This document shows positions 13,104 to 25,334 of a DNA stretch of 64,000 nucleotides, in pieces; position 1 is the stretch's first letter, and each line of letters starts with the position of its first letter. Origin of the DNA: Antedon mediterranea (lineage: Eukaryota; Animalia; Echinodermata); contig NC_092673.1 in NCBI RefSeq assembly GCF_964355755.1, positions 31,555,648-31,619,647 on the forward strand, read 5' to 3'. The notes beneath the pieces are model-generated. The model was not told where the DNA came from. It did no database searches and saw only the letters and a list, made by a program, of their open reading frames with translations. The translations under genes and the position numbers were made by a program.

Positions 13104-14735
13104 GTTTTTTTATTTTCATTTGTCCGAACTTGTCTTTTACTTTTATTTATCCAAACATGTCTTTTCATTTCATTTGTCCGAACTTGTCCTATTCATTTTT
13201 AGTTGTCCCAACTTGTCTTCTAATTTATATTTGTCCGAACTTGTCTTTTCATTATTTGAACTTGTCTTTACATTTTCACTTGTCCGAACTTGTCCGTTTA
13301 ATCTTTTTGTCCGAACTTGTTTTTTCATTTTTATTTGTCTAAACTTTTCTTTTCATTTGTCCAAACTTTCTTTCTCTATATTATAAAGAATAAAGAATGT
13401 AGATATGTGTAAATAATATCAATAACGGTTGGTCTACAGATTTTGATGTAGGTCTATTAAAAGCAAATTGAACATAATGCATCTCCGTCATGCATCATCT
13501 CATTTTCTAGGAAAACAATGAAAACAATTATTTTCAAACAGAGACATTTTGTGGAAGAAGGTATTTTGACAAGAACATCCGCCATCGGGAATGTGGGTTT
13601 TAAATAGAGTTAAGCCAACAAATTGTACGATTACACGAAGCAATAGACTAATGATGTGGTGTTAGCTAAACCATTATATTTTTCTTGATGAAAGGAGTTC
13701 TTAATGACTCGTATTGAATTCAATACAGTTGGATTCTATGAGTCATTATTATTGACCGTTTGGTGGGAAAAACAATCATTATCTATACTAAAACCTTTTT
13801 CAAGGAGGGACAGGAAATAGAAAACTCATTACATGATTACGGCAAGTTTGGACAAATAAAAAAAAGACAAGTTCGGACAAAAAGAATGAATAGACAAGTT
13901 TGGACAAATAAAATTAAAAAGACAAGTTCGGACAAATAAAAATGTAAAAACAAGTTCAGACAAATAAATTAAAAAAACAAGTTCGGACAAATAAAAATGT
14001 AAAGACAAGTTCAGACAAATAAAATGAAACAACAAGTTCGGACTGCCCGAGTGGTCGTTTAAATCCCCATAAGGCAACATATCACACCTGTGCTGAGACA
14101 ACTTCATTGGCTTCCGGTAACACAAAGAATTACCTTCAAGATCCTGCTATTTGTTTTCAAAGCATTTCTGAACTTATTCAACCTTATGTTACTAAGCGGT
14201 CTCTGAGATCTGTATCTGAGTCTCTTCTTGCCCATATATATTTTCATCCTTCCACTAAGTTTTATGGAAATCGTTCATTTTCTTCGGTATCCGTTTCTCT
14301 TGCCTCTTGAAATCCGTCAGGCTACTTCCACCAGTGTATTCAAATCTCTCTTCAAAACCCACATTTTTAGTTTGAAATTTCTGTCTTTGTAAAGCGCATT
14401 GAGGCTTTCAGCATAATGAGCTATATCAAGTACCAGTTATTATTATTATTATTAAATTAAATGAAAAGACAAGTTTGAACAAATGAACATGAAAAGACAA
14501 GTTCAAACAAATAAAAATTTAAAGACAAGTTCGGACAAAAAGAACGAAGAGACAAGTTCAGACAAATAAAAAATAAAAAGACAAGTTCAGACAAATAAAA
14601 TAAAAAGACAAGTTCAGACAAATTAACTGAAAAGACAAGTTCGGACAAATAAAATAAAAAGACAAGTTCGGACAAATGAACATGAAAAGACAAGTTCGGA
14701 CAAATGAAAATAAAAAGACAAGTTCAGACAAGAAC
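13104..14735. mobile_element. Foldback-like element, left-truncated copy
   Basis: TTGTCCGAACTTGTC array (13104-13375) faces inverted GACAAGTTCGGACAA arrays (13842-14043, 14460-14735). Confidence 0.7.
14085..14455 (+). mobile_element. L2/CR1-type LINE 3' fragment inside foldback arm (copy A)
   Basis: Degenerate LRQLHWLPVTQRITFKILL...RSLRS...FYGNRSFS...FKSLFKTH, then GTAAAGCGC..TGAG and a (TTA)n tail. Confidence 0.8.
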
Positions 14736-15939
14736 GATATTGAAGTGAGGTGAAAAAAATTCCGAAGAAATGAAGACAAGATCCAGCAATATATATTATA
14801 TTTATATATTTATATATTTATTTACATAATAAAAAATCAATTAAAATGCCAAATTCAAAAAATAATTTTACGCGAGCTTATGAAATACACTGATGAGTTA
14901 TTATAGGTCTGAATAGTAACTATTTGATACAATTATTTTAATACCGAGTAACAATTATCGTGCGAGTAGCGATATTTATAGACTCGACATCAATTTCAAT
15001 GCCATGTATTATTGTATCATTATAGTATAACATCAAATCAACCATGTTTGCTCATTTCTTTTATATTAACAATCATATAGCACCACGTGTTGAATCAAGT
15101 CTTACCAATACGGAAAATGTCTATAATCGACTATGCTTTATATATTGGGGTTTTAAATATGTTTAGTGAAATACATGTCACTCATCATTACTTATTGATT
15201 CCAATCTCCCGATTTATTCTATAATATATTTATGTAGCCTATAAGATACTGAGACTGTTAAGCCAGTAAAATAAGGTGACAGTATGCCGCATACCTGTAC
15301 GTTGGATACGCCCAAATAAAAACCACGCCTACTAAGTGATTGACTTGCGGGTATCGGGTACATTTTAACCAAAGATTTTATAGCCAACAATGATAAAACA
15401 TTCGGCTTATAACACCTCTCTGATTTTAACACAGAAGCCTATGAACTGGAGGAAGCGAATTATTATTAATAGATTGGACGAATGTTAGTAAATTAATATG
15501 GACATTTTTGTTTTTCAAATGTAGATTTCTGGTATCATTGAATGAGTATCCTTGCAATTATTAACATGTTTCTATTTATACACCGTAATAATTTGTAGCA
15601 TACTTGTAACCTACCATTGTTAAAGCCTATGATACAATCTATTCATTAAAATATGATATTTGCATTAGCTTCTTTTTCTGTGGCTTATTATTATTAAATA
15701 TTATGTTAACATTTGTTGTGTTGATTGGTTATAGGCTGTACTTTGAATTCCCTGCGATGGTTTGTAAAGGTTCTTCACCGGTTAATATACAGTACTACTT
15801 GTTTTCATAATTGAATAAGCCCATTTAAACAAAATTAACAAAAATTAAAAAAAACATATGTCGGCAGAAAAATACGTGAATGACAGATCTATTTTTTTTT
15901 TAAATCATGAACGATATGTGAATTTTTATAGTAAAATAG

Positions 15940-16400
15940 TTTCATCTCAGTGAGATTGGCCGAAGAACATTCAACGAAGCAACAATCTTAACCTTGGGTA
16001 TAGGAATAACAGTCGCCTTTTCCCACAAATTAGGAAGTTATTGTTAAAAATGTTAGTGATAGGTATACTCAGTTAAGGTGCAAAGTATTTAATCAAGCGG
16101 CTTGGCTGATCATCGGGATGCTCAGCTTTTATTGGGGTTGCCAGATATCGATGACAGGCGGTTGGCTGCTAGTAGGAAAATAAGTGGGTGGGAAGGCAAG
16201 GGCCAACGGAGGAAGGTTATTACAAATAGCAGCAAAGTGATCATTAATTCTACTCGCAGCATCAACATCAGCTAGACCAGATAGGCTAAAAGAAGATGGT
16301 TTATTAAGATTACACGTTTTCTTAACACCCTTGTGCAATTTAACAGGATTGTTGGATTTCAGGGCCATCAACGAATTATGAGTAGCTTTAGCTTCCTAAC
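15940..16400 (-). mobile_element. Decayed CR1/L2-clade LINE RT fragment (duplicated at ~28310-28790)
   Basis: INDHFAAICNNLPPL...HPDD.PSRLIK...ATVIPIPKVK...LRPISL with frameshifts and stops. Confidence 0.65.
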
Positions 16401-16675
16401 GTTAAGTGTCAACCAAAAAGAACTGGAAAATTCTTATTGGAAGTTCTGTGACATTAAAAAGGTGTGGTCACTAATATATTGAAGAAGGGGATTTCATTAC
16501 ATGTATGATAGCACCCAAAACGATATAGTAAGGCTGGTAGATCAGAAATGTTACCTGCAAAAAACATCTCGGAATATCTATAAACATGGCTGCAGTCGCA
16601 TGCTCAAATTTGAGACACACCTTCTTTTAGCGTCGTACGCTAAAACGGTCTAACGCCATGGGTCTGAACAGGGCC

Positions 16676-16834
16676 TAATATTGTGTAGGCTATCTTTGTA
16701 AATATTGTGTAGGCCTACATTTTAATCGCGTCTTTGTAGTGTAATACTGTGTAGGCTATCTTTGTAAATATTGTGTAGGCCTACATTTTAATCGCGTCTT
16801 TGTAGTGTAATACTGTGTAGGCTATCTGTGTAAA
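16676..16834 (+). repeat. 66-bp tandem repeat, ~2.4 copies
   Basis: Units start at 16676, 16742 and 16808. Confidence 0.8.
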
Positions 16835-17310
16835 TTGTTTATATTGTAAATATTGATACAGTAGAAATAAACTATTTTACTCTAAACTGTTTTACTAACT
16901 GTTTGTGCTGTTATTTTATGGTAATTTATCCAAGGCATAGACTGCGCAGCAGTGGCGTAACGGCTATGAGCGCTCACTGGCTAATCCAATTGGGCCCCTG
17001 TGTTCATGGGGCCCCTGAGAAGTTCCCATAGGAAAAAGGCATTAAAATATGTCCAAAAAGGGCGTCAACCAGAGGGCCTCAGCTCCCTTGTTTTTATCGG
17101 GTGGTACGGTCACCCAGTTGGAAGCCTGAGCTCAAGCAGACGATGACACGTACAGAGTTCTGACCAAGGGTGCAGGCGCGCCCGATTGATTTATTGAAGC
17201 AAGATGTTTTCTCATTTCCTTGCCCTTTCCTTTGGATCTACAAAAAAATGTTTATAATTATACGCTCACTTCATGTAAGCTATTTTATTTTTATGAATTT
17301 AAATGTATTT

Positions 17311-20300
17311 ATAATAATAATAATAATAATAATAAATAATATATTTATACAGGATAAAATAATCAGATAACAGTGTATCTGTTTTACATTGTGGTCCTGT
17401 CTTAATCAAAATATACAAAAGAGAAACTTAATTAAATATAATACATGTCAGTTTTTATGAAAAGAAATGAGATTTGTATCTAGCCTTAAAGGACGTAATT
17501 GTTGGTGCCGATTTAATATTAATTGGTAAATTGTTCCATATTTTTGCGCCTGCAACTTTAAAGGACGAATTCATTTTACTAAGGGTGTATTTTACATTGT
17601 TTATCAAAACTTTCAACATGTGTAGTTCATCATCTTGTAATATATGTGTCTGAGTATGTCGAATAGAGTATTCCTCCGCACCGTGTCAAATGCACTGGTC
17701 GTGTCAAGTAGTAGTAATATTATTTCGTAGTTAGATGACGCAATTGCCTTTTCTGCTAACATTTTGCATGTATGTACATGTTCGGTAGTGCTTCGTCCTC
17801 TGCGATACGCGGCCTGTGTTACAGGGACATGTTCATCTAATCTGTCGTTTATCCTATTTAGTAAGCATATTGCTAGCATTTTCCTAAGAACCGACAGTAG
17901 GATGATGGGTCGGATGTTTTTCGAATTGGAAAACAGACAGGAAAATTGTTTACTACTACACTAGGAGTACCACAAGGTGACTGTATGTCTCCGATACTGT
18001 TCACACTATACCTAGCAAAGGCACTCGAATCAGCAAACACAACACCACTACCCCTACAACAGCTTAATATCCAGATGCAGTATGCAGATGACATTTCATT
18101 TATTAGCGACTCAAAAGAACACATAACTAAAATAAAGAAAAATGTAACAGAGAAATTAGCAGAATTCAATCTAAAGATAAACGAAAGTAAAACAGAAGAA
18201 TACCTAATAGGAAGAAACACCGATAGTAAATGGGAAGAGTGCAAATACCTCGGTAGTAACTTGGACACAGAAAAAGACATTAAAAGAAGAAAATCACTAG
18301 CAGCTATGGCATATAACAAGCTGAAGCCGTCGCTAGAACACAAAACGATGTCTATAGACGTGAAATCCCGTTTGTTTGACGCATACATAGCAAGTATTTT
18401 CTTATATAACAGTGAACTCTGGGTACTAAACAAAAAATTACAAGAGAGTATAGATATATATCACAGGAAAATGTTGTGAAAGATGATAGATATTAAATTA
18501 ACAGATAGAGTGTGTAACACGAAAATATACGAGATAACAAAACAAGAAGAATGGAGTAAAAGAATTAAACGAAGGAGACTAAAATGGTATGGACACATAA
18601 TTAGATTACCGGATGATACCCCAATCAAACAAACAATGAAGGAAACTAACAGGAAAGTAAAACGACCCGTAGGAAGACCAAGAAATAACTGGATGAATCA
18701 AATAAAGAAAGACTTACAAGGACTAGTAGACACTAACACAATAAAAAATCATCCTGCCATAAACAGAAAAAAATGGAAACAAATTGTGGAAAGCGTAATG
18801 TCGGAAGACGGAAAACGTTAGCAACAACAACAACAATAAGGGTGTATTTAGGTATTGTTACATTCAAATTTTCTACTCCACGTGTTAAGTGGGTGTGAAT
18901 ATCGCGAATCAATTCAGTTTTATTTACTAATCTAATTGGTGCAAGGCCGTAAACACATTTATACATTGGACATGCTAGGGAGAAATCTCGTTTCTCTTCA
19001 AGAGTTTGGCACGATAGGTTCTGGATGATGTTGTCACCCCTTACATTAATATAATCGAAGTTGTTAGTTACAAGCAGCTCTTTTTTTATGTCGCTTTAAA
19101 ATATTTTTGTTTAACTCTGTCGTATTTCCCCAGACTGTTATAGCATAATCACTACAAGGCTGAATTGTACTTATATATAGAGTTTCAAGTAACGGTTTAC
19201 TTAAACTACTAGCCATTTTACCTAGCATTGTTATTTTATATCCAATATTTTTACTAATACATTGAGTATTTTGTTTCCAAGTTAACATTTCATCGATTAC
19301 GACTCCCAGATACCTTATACTATCAACTTGTTCTAATTTACTGGTTCCAATTTGTATATTTAAATCATTACTGTCAGCTGTATGATTGTTTCTTAGTAAC
19401 ATAACCTTTGTTTTTTTTCAGTATTTATAGAGAGGTGGTTGTCATCATACCATTTACCAATGTTATCAATAATTATTTGTAATGAATCATTTACTATCTT
19501 AGCAGTATCACCTGAGGTGTAAACCACAACATCATCAGCAAAAACGCTGCTAGTTCCATTTACTATAGACTGCGAAATATCATTTATGAAAATGAGAAAC
19601 AAGATGGATATTGATTTCTTTAAGTGTAGATTTGTTATTGTTACAGTATACAAACTGTTTTCTGTTTTTTAAGTAATTACTAAACCAGTAAACAACATTT
19701 TCATGGAAACCATATTTGTAAAGCTTAAATAACAAAATTGAGTGATCTATCGTGTCAAAGCACTTGGATATATCTAAGAAACAAGCGCCGACGACCTCTG
19801 ATCAGTCATTGAAACTTTCTAACCAATCATCAACTACTCTGTGCAAGCATGTTACAGTAGAATGGTTTTTCAAAAAGGCAAATTGATCAATGTTAATTAA
19901 ATCAAACAAACTAAGAAAAGAAATGATTTGTTCCTGAACCACTCTCTCTATAATCTTTGCGATATGAGCAACGACAGATATTGGTCGTAGTTGCTCATAC
20001 TGTCTTTACTACCCTTTCCCTTGGAGTTGTCCTTGCTACTTTCCAATCAACTGGGACAAGACCAGACATGAGAGAGAGATTCACAATATGAAAAAAATCA
20101 AGAACATCTAAATTTTTTTCTGGCAAATTATAAAGCTTCCTTTTAATGGTATTTACATCAACATTTATAAAATTAAAGGAATGTTCACTAGGTGGATTAT
20201 TCCAACTTGGCAGCGTATCGTCAAATGACTGCGCCATCTTAACTCCTATGTTGGTAAAGTATTCATTAAATTGTTCGCAATCAATAGTTTTACTAATGTT

Positions 20301-20870
20301 AGATTTCGTTTTACCAGTTAGTTTATTTAGTTCGTTCCACATTTTTTTTGGATTATTTTTATATTTTATATTTACATTATTAAAATAGTTATACTTTGCT
20401 TTCTTAATGTTAGTGTTAACCAGATTTCTAAGTCTTCTATACTCAGTTTTTAATCCTGGATTATTAACATTTACTTTGTTTTTAGTATAATCTCTTTTGT
20501 ACATTAACTTTATAATTTCAGGAGTTATCCAGGGAAAGAATCTATTTTTTAATCTTGAATTTTTTATAGGCCCATGTTTATTACTTAAATTTAGAAAGCA
20601 ATTTTTAAACCTACCCCATGCATTGTCAACGTTATTAATATTGGGAATATTTTGTAATTTCTGAGAATGGGAAATATCATGTAAGAATGCCCCTTCATCA
20701 AAGTTCTTATAATCTCTATAATATATTGTTTTATGTTTAGCTTCTTTTTCCTTAAATTTTAAACAGCTATAAACCATGAAATGGTCGCTTAAAGCTATTT
20801 TAGCAACACCACTTAAATAGTGCTGATCTGGAATTGTTGGTATCAAATCAATACAACTTGATGAGTGTGA
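17311..20870 (-). mobile_element. CR1/L2-clade LINE, degraded, interrupted by an RTE insertion
   Basis: EN end (SDHFMVY), RT fragments (FLDISKCFDTIDH, LFLIFINDI, VFADD, YLGVVIDEMLTWK) and C-terminus. Reading NVTIPKYTL at 18840 resumes SKMNSSFKVAGAKIWNNLP at 17580; (TTA)n tail at 17311-17340. Confidence 0.9.
17593..18836 (+). mobile_element. RTE-like LINE, 5'-truncated with 5' inversion
   Basis: Plus strand 17922-18821: GVPQGD, QYADD, KYLGS, RRLKWYGH, RPVGRP, then (CAA)n tail. 17593-17921 encodes the upstream RT motifs on the minus strand. 13-bp TSD TAAGGGTGTATTT (17580-17592, 18837-18849). Confidence 0.88.
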
Positions 20871-21387
20871 CGTATTCTAGAACGACGTTTGATTTTAAAT
20901 TTTGTTTAAAGGACCGTATATAATGCCTGTGTATACATTTCACGTGTGTAAATTTGATGAAAACAATAGTGCTAATTATCAGCATTAGCAACACCTCAAT
21001 TGTGATCGTATTGTGTGTATTTGCGGATTAACTTTAGTTCTGTGCGATGACGAACACCTTATTCGAATGTTAAAATGCTGGACGTAATCTTCATACCAAG
21101 AAAGGCTTTATTTTGTATGTACACAGATGTAATAATAAAATGCTCTCTAACCGTATAGGCTAAAATTCTACAGTCGGCCTAATTTAAAATGTTTTATGTA
21201 ATTGTAATAATATGCACAAAATATATAAGCGCTTCATAGTTTTACTTCGGTAATGTTTAAATCAAACACGACTGTATATTTGTTTTTTCGTTAATGTTTT
21301 AACTTTGTATGAGACAAGCACCATTATTTCCAATTGTTTTGTGGACGAAATAAAGTTATCTTAAAAAATATTACCATAATGTTTTTT

Positions 21388-21553
21388 CAATCAGTAATCA
21401 ACGCAGTTGTGTTTTGACGTAATACCCATTTGTGTACTGCACCTGGGTGGAGAGAGGCAAGCGTCCTGCATAACTTGTATACAAGCAATGAGACGAGCGG
21501 TGGATTCAAACTCACGATCAGTTCCCAACGTCCAGCACTCTGTTCCACACGCC
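21388..21553 (-). mobile_element. tRNA-derived SINE (same family as 55538-55813)
   Basis: Shares TGCCTCTCTCCACCCAGGTG..CAAATGGG..TCAAAACACAACT with 55538-55813; B-box-like GTTTGAATCC. Confidence 0.65.
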
Positions 21554-21633
21554 TTGTGTTAGTTGAGTCATATGTAGGCCTATACACATTTAAATTTGGA
21601 CATAATATAATACCTTTAACGACACTCAACTAA

Positions 21634-21812
21634 AGCGTGGTTCCCACTAGCGACGCAACACAAGGACGTAACGCAACGCAAGTGAATTGACCAATCACAA
21701 GCGATGTCTTATTCGCTTGTGATTGCTAACTGTCTATAACTTCGCTTGTCTTTGGTTAAAACGCTTGCGTTGCGTTTACGTCCTTGCGTTACGTTCTAGT
21801 GGGAACCAAGCT
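21634..21812. mobile_element. Harbinger-like MITE
   Basis: ~60-bp TIRs AGC(G/T)TGGTTCCCACTAG...AAGGACGTAA..GCAACGCAAG; TAA/TTA flanks. Confidence 0.8.
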
Positions 21813-22364
21813 TTAGGGAAGAGACTTTAAACAACAGAAGGCTCTAGTAATATGACGTAAGACATAATACATTTATTACAACTTATTTACAATACACATG
21901 AAATTCAGTCTAAATGTTTCAATGTATTTTAAAACGTTATCGATAGTACTGCCATAAATCGCAATGAAAATGTACAATTATGAATTGGTAAAACATCCGG
22001 TTATACCCGGCACCCTAATACACATTGAATGCAACTTAAAGTCCAAAATCTTTAATTGATTTTGTATTAATGTTCTAAACAGACAGGGTGAATGTTTTTA
22101 GATTCTATATAAAATTAGCCTAAAATAAATTCGTATTTACATATTATTTGTTAAAAGACGCGAAAAAAAGTGCCTTTTTATAACACATTGAGAAAATAGC
22201 AACTAAAATTCATATTATTTTACAAAATGCGTGGTCTGTATTGGTTAAAAGACGGTTTTTCTTTTTCTTTATTAAGGCCATGAAAGAATGTGTATAATCA
22301 GTCAATTTCAATGAATTACTGTATTGTTCAAGCATCAACATTTTTCAGAAATAATAGTCTAAAT

Positions 22365-23707
22365 CTACTTCTTTCGTCTTTTTCTTTCGCGTGATTTTAC
22401 GTCTTGCCTGCACCGTCGTCTGTCATCTATAGTTTCCATTTGTTTACAGGATTCCATCTGATCTATAATACTTTGATGCCACAGACAACATTTTTTATAG
22501 AGGTTCCGAGAGGCGTTTGGCGGGTAACATTTCTGTACCTGAATTACTATGGCTTCTTGGGCGCTATCATAGTTTCTGCGTTGTTTTCTCTTTTTTAGCA
22601 ATACCATTGACGACACATGTTCAATGTCACAAGAGACAAATTCACGAGCGACCTTTTTACCGAGTTTACAACACTTTTTTGCATCGTATTTGGAAACTGC
22701 GGCATCAACGACCACTGGTTTCAGATCAGCTGTGTCTTTTTCAATCTCCTTTATCATCACTGTAAACAGTAAATAAGTACACAGTTAATGTATTTTTTCT
22801 ATATCATTTTCTAATTCATTTTTTGAGCGACAACAAAACTAATCAATTTCTGCTGGTTATTTCTTTTCTAAAATGTATAAATATAGGAGTGAAAAGTATT
22901 AGAAATAATTATGTTCTATTTGATTCCAGCCGATTCGTCCCGGGCCGATTCGTATCAGTGCCGCTTCCGTACGTATCAGTACTATACTGTTAATTGCATC
23001 GGAAAGCATTCATCTATTTTTAACTTTGACTAGGCCTATATAGGCCTACCTTTTAATTAAAATTTAGATCCCCAGATAGATATCAAAACATGGTACCAGC
23101 ACATTATTACATAATAAAATAATAGAACAACGCCTTATTTTGTGAGATTATGCAAAATGCTGTTCATCAATTCGCTAGAAAGTTATAAGTGTTATTCTCA
23201 TCAATATTAGAGATATATTACTCTTATAATTTAAATATCAGAACTGATTAGCTTTTTATGCATTCGACAAATAGTGATACATATTACATTCCAGCCATGC
23301 TCTCTTCCAATATGAACAATTTTAAAGCACTCACTGTGGCACTAAGATGATAGATTTATATGAACAATTCGATCTAGACTATTGATATTTTTGCATCCCA
23401 AAAGTCAATATCTGTTTGGGCCGATATCTAAATAATTATAATGCTCACAGATAGGCCTAGATCGAAATATGGAAAATAGCAAACTAGCGCGTTATCACAT
23501 CATGGAGTAATACATTAATTACATTTCTTAGTCACACAGTAAAAGAAACGGAATCCGAAGAAGCTACAAAAGAAGGGTGCCCAGAAAAAGAAGCTACTAA
23601 TATATTAATTATGTAAAATAAGTAGGCCTATGTAACTTACCACTTAAAATAGATGAGACGCAACATGTTAGAAAAAACACCGTCAAAATAATAATATCCC
23701 TCTTCAT
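22365..23707 (-). CDS. Secreted, cationic, cysteine-rich protein (~153 aa) with an anaphylatoxin-like Cys pattern; 2 exons
   Basis: Exon 1 23641-23707 encodes MKRDIIILTVFFLTCCVSSILS (signal-peptide-like) followed by G|gtaagt. Exon 2 22365-22759 follows ttacag in matching phase 1 and is open to a stop: ...KKCCKLGKKVAREFVSC-x33-CYPPNASRNLYKKCC...C...C...RERKRRKK. Confidence 0.75.
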
Positions 23708-23799
23708 CTTCAATCACTGAAATTGAAAAATAGGTTTTTTGAGTAATGACGTTAACTATTCTTTCTCTGTGGTGTACCTTCTGTGTGATCAACTGGTCG

Positions 23800-23900
23800 T
23801 ACAAGTTATATGTGGCAAGCGACGCGTTCTGTCACGCGCTAAATATTGAAATGTCAAAGTGAAACTGACCAATCGCAATGATTCAGCTAAAAGGAAGTGG
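23800..23900 (-). promoter_or_regulatory. Candidate core promoter of the secreted-protein gene
   Basis: Minus-strand CATATAA about 100 bp upstream of the ATG (~23805-23812), CCAAT at ~23869, GGAAGT (ETS-like) at ~23893. Motif-level evidence only. Confidence 0.3.
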
Positions 23901-24787
23901 TTGGACTTACAACAAGCCATTGAAGCGATTTATGGTTGTGATTATTTCAGTTTCAAAACACACACACATCATGAGATTAGTAGATTACAAACACCTCAAT
24001 CATTCCATGCCTAAATTAAAAGCACACTACAAGGTGATCTCTATAGAAAAGTGTGTTTGGAAAATGGCACTTTAATTAACACATCTTGGAATATTGGAAA
24101 TGTGTTGTTATTGAAGAACTTTGTGGTGGTTGTTTGTACATTAGTGTTTTTGTTTCAAGGGTATTCACAGGTGTTCATTTTGTGGTATTCAACTCAAATT
24201 TTTTCACAGAATTAGATTAAGAACCTAAAATATTGTCAATGGTATTTAAAAAAGTATTTGAATCGTCATGCAACACAGATGTAATAGTGATATAGTGGAT
24301 GGTTTCTATTTTAAAATAACACATTATTATTATTTTGTATAAGTACGGTATTAATTAATCTTTTCAAATCAAGAAAATTAAGTAGAAAAATAACGAAACT
24401 GTTCCCCGTTCTTTTCATAGGAAATCCATATCGTTTCATGATTATCTCTCATTCAATGTTTTAATTGTATCAAATGGGCATATTCAATTATGAAAATAAA
24501 AATCATCATTAAGAAGCTAGCCGGTTAAAAAAAAACCTAAAAGGCATCGAAAGAATTCACAAGAACAACCACAACCAATCAACACAACAATCATAACATA
24601 AAAACAAGTCACATAGAAGGAGAAGCGAAGAATTCCATAAAGGAACTTTGCAGTTTTATGGTTGTTCTGTACCGTAGGCTATACACTAAAATGTTAAAAA
24701 CAAGCACATTCATTTTAATTTTTGTAAGGAAAATGAAACTTTGAAACAATCTATATAAATACATAAATGTATTTATAATGATAATAC

Positions 24788-24822
<35 letters not shown>

Positions 24823-25334
24823 CAACATTTATTAGTTTCTATCAATGGTAAAACAATACAATAAAAAAGAATGATAATTTATAATGAGAAAATACAAAAA
24901 TACCATTAATAGAGGATCTTGCAAGAAGAGAATACTTGTCACGCAAGACCCATAAACAAAAGAAAAAAAATACATTTGTATATAATTATTAAATAAAATA
25001 AAAAAGTCATGACAAAAACAGTTTGAAGGTCTAGTTTGAGTACAATGATAATAAATTACTGACATTAGTCATAACATAATTTGTTTCCTCAATTTCATAG
25101 ATTCCTAAAATGTTCTTATATCTCATAGTACCCGTACTTCCATGATTTTTAGTAGGCGTGGGGTATAGTCGGGCGTATACCACATATGCCGCCCAATGTT
25201 ACCGTATTTTGCTGGTTTTAAAAGTGTCAATATCTAAAAATGGAATTAGAAAAACAAACCGCCGTTTGTGACACCCTTGATAATACATTGCATCTAAATT
25301 AATGTCGAACCGATTGAATAGACTACTCACAACA

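Larger units (their letters stand above)
13104..16610 (+). repeat. Segmental duplication, copy A (partner 25479-29019)
   Basis: Colinear direct similarity over ~3.5 kb, including foldback arrays, L2 fragment, LINE fragment and paralog fragment. Confidence 0.9.

Noticed and set aside
13120-14779. LSELVF / ICPNLS repeat ORFs (also 25350-27224)
   Set aside because: Products of the foldback subrepeat arrays, open in several frames, with no gene structure.
17873-18433. 186-aa minus-strand ORF and other antisense ORFs over LINEs and exons
   Set aside because: Shadow frames opposite RT or synthetase coding sequence.
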